DNA of 64,000 bases. Source: Gammaproteobacteria bacterium. GTDB lineage: Bacteria > Pseudomonadota > Gammaproteobacteria > DSM-16500. Made by a program: the position numbers and the translations under genes. How positions within the stretch are numbered: the stretch's first letter is position 1; each line of letters opens with the position of its first letter. Under the pieces are notes generated by a model. The model did no database searches, was not told the DNA's origin, and was given only the letters and a program-made list of their open reading frames with translations. Shown here in pieces: positions 62,198-64,000 of the stretch. The stretch spans positions 19,115-83,114 of the forward strand of contig JABDGK010000003.1 in assembly GCA_013286085.1 (NCBI GenBank), given 5' to 3'.

Positions 62198-63991
62198 ATG
62201 CAACATATTCGTAACTTTTCAATTATTGCCCATATTGACCATGGCAAATCCACCTTAGCAGATCGCTTAATTCAACTCTGCGGCGGTCTTGCTGACCGTG
62301 AAATGGCGGAACAAGTGTTAGATTCCATGGATCTTGAGCGTGAACGTGGTATTACCATTAAAGCACACAGTGTTACCCTGAATTATAAAGCACTCGATGG
62401 ACAAATTTATCAGCTGAATTTTATTGATACGCCGGGGCATGTGGATTTCTCCTATGAAGTGTCACGCTCTTTAGCCGCTTGCGAAGGCGCTCTTTTAGTT
62501 GTCGATGCAGGTCAAGGTGTTGAGGCGCAGACACTCGCCGTTTGCTATACCGCATTAGAACAAAACTTAGAAGTGATTCCTGTTCTCAATAAAATTGATT
62601 TACCCCAAGCAGACCCCGATCGTGTCATCAATGAAATTGAAGAAATTATTGGTCTTGAAGCAAAAGACGCTGTACGTGTTAGCGCGAAACAAGGTATCGG
62701 CGTTATTGATTTACTAGAAAGATTAATTACCCGTATTCCAGCACCTATAGGCGATCCCAATGCACCCTTGCAAGCACTGATTATCGACTCTTGGTTCGAT
62801 AGTTACTTAGGTGTCGTTTCACTAGTTCGCGTTAAGAATGGTCGCATCAAAGTCGGCGATAAAATGCTAGTGATGTCGACGGGCCGCAGTCATGAAGTAG
62901 GCGGTGTCGGTGTATTCACACCCAAACGCACACCAACCGGTGTGTTGAGCGCGGGTGAAGTAGGGTATGTTGTTGCCGGCATCAAAGAAATTAATGGTGC
63001 ACCGGTGGGTGACACACTCACACACACACACAAGCCGGCTACTGAAGCGTTACCCGGTTTCAAAAAAGTGCAGCCGCAAGTTTATGCGGGATTATTTCCA
63101 ATTAGTTCCGATGATTTTCCTGCATTTCGCGATGCGTTATCAAAACTTTGCTTGAATGATGCCGCTTTATTTTTTGAACCCGAATCATCTGAAGCACTGG
63201 GCTTTGGTTTTCGATGTGGTTTCTTAGGTATGTTGCACATGGAAATTGTGCAAGAGCGCTTAGAGCGTGAATATAATTTAGATTTAATTACCACCGCGCC
63301 AACGGTTGTTTACGAAGTCATAACAACCAAGGGTGAAACCATTTATGTTGATAACCCTTCTAAACTGCCTGTTACAAATTATATCGAAGAAATTCGCGAA
63401 CCGATTGTTAAAGCCAATATTTTAGTACCACAACAATACCTCGGTAATGTCATGACCTTATGTGTTGAAAAACGCGGCATCCAAAAAAATATGCTTTATC
63501 TTGGTAATCAAGTTTCATTAACCTATGAAATCCCCATGAATGAAGTGGTGCTCGATTTCTTTGATCGCTTAAAATCGGTGAGCCGTGGTTATGCATCATT
63601 GGATTATCATTTTTCCTATTTCCAAGTAGCGGATTTAGTAAAATTAGATTTGTTAATTAACAGTGAAAAAGTCGATGCATTAGCGTTCATTGTGCATCGC
63701 GATCAAGCGGTTTACAAAGGCCGACAAATTGCCGAAAAAATGCGAGAACTCATTCCACGCCAAATGTTTGATGTTGCGATTCAAGCAGCGATTGGCGCAC
63801 AAATTATCTCGCGCTCAACGGTAAAGGCATTACGTAAAAATGTAACGGCAAAATGTTATGGCGGTGACATATCGCGCAAACGTAAATTATTAGAGAAACA
63901 AAAAGAAGGTAAAAAACGCATGAAACAAGTAGGTAATGTTGAAATTCCACAAGAAGCGTTTTTGGCGATTTTGAAAGTTGACAGCAAGTAA
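62198..63991 (+). CDS. lepA: Elongation factor 4
   Basis: [28 protein letters not shown]. Confidence 0.98.
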   Translation: MQHIRNFSIIAHIDHGKSTLADRLIQLCGGLADREMAEQVLDSMDLERERGITIKAHSVTLNYKALDGQIYQLNFIDTPGHVDFSYEVSRSLAACEGALLVVDAGQGVEAQTLAVCYTALEQNLEVIPVLNKIDLPQADPDRVINEIEEIIGLEAKDAVRVSAKQGIGVIDLLERLITRIPAPIGDPNAPLQALIIDSWFDSYLGVVSLVRVKNGRIKVGDKMLVMSTGRSHEVGGVGVFTPKRTPTGVLSAGEVGYVVAGIKEINGAPVGDTLTHTHKPATEALPGFKKVQPQVYAGLFPISSDDFPAFRDALSKLCLNDAALFFEPESSEALGFGFRCGFLGMLHMEIVQERLEREYNLDLITTAPTVVYEVITTKGETIYVDNPSKLPVTNYIEEIREPIVKANILVPQQYLGNVMTLCVEKRGIQKNMLYLGNQVSLTYEIPMNEVVLDFFDRLKSVSRGYASLDYHFSYFQVADLVKLDLLINSEKVDALAFIVHRDQAVYKGRQIAEKMRELIPRQMFDVAIQAAIGAQIISRSTVKALRKNVTAKCYGGDISRKRKLLEKQKEGKKRMKQVGNVEIPQEAFLAILKVDSK

Positions 63992-64000
63992 AGTAAAAAA

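Noticed and set aside
63012-63032. CA dinucleotide run in lepA as a phase-variation tract
   Set aside because: Short, in frame (encodes THTH) and inside a conserved gene

Overview
A 64-kb chromosomal segment from an AT-rich gammaproteobacterium, most likely Legionellales/Coxiellaceae-like (inferred from DUF5617/RavJ-like and AnkX-like genes and from gene order). The backbone is housekeeping: tRNA-Leu-tig-clpP-clpX-lon-hupB-tRNA-Val-tRNA-Asp-ppiD, fabI, rmuC, a TPP-riboswitch-controlled ThiXYZ-type transporter, rseP, mrdA-rodA-mltB-rlpA, pagL, hemH-htpX-lemA, htpG, ald, an M17 peptidase, kbl-tdh, sdhE-ygfX and lepA. Accessory content: (i) the 3' end of a microcin B17-like RiPP locus at the left edge (McbD-like YcaO followed by an unexplained 674-aa TPR protein with a possible C-terminal RRE); (ii) several orphan, effector-like genes, including an ankyrin-less AnkX-like Fic protein and a DUF5617 gene behind a Pho-box-like promoter; (iii) a dense set of intergenic palindromic elements with no transposase in the window. 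The most unusual signal is in these repeats. Two MITE-like elements with different terminal inverted repeats carry the same four-arm core, and each has inserted into a different REP with a 10-bp target duplication. In addition, a hairpin module with covarying stems and a 30-34-nt variable loop starting with (C)CAC recurs eight times inside three different REP-like scaffolds. A candidate promoter-driven two-state sRNA lies between the M17 peptidase gene and tdh. Family assignments rely on motif recognition from memory; no searches were run.
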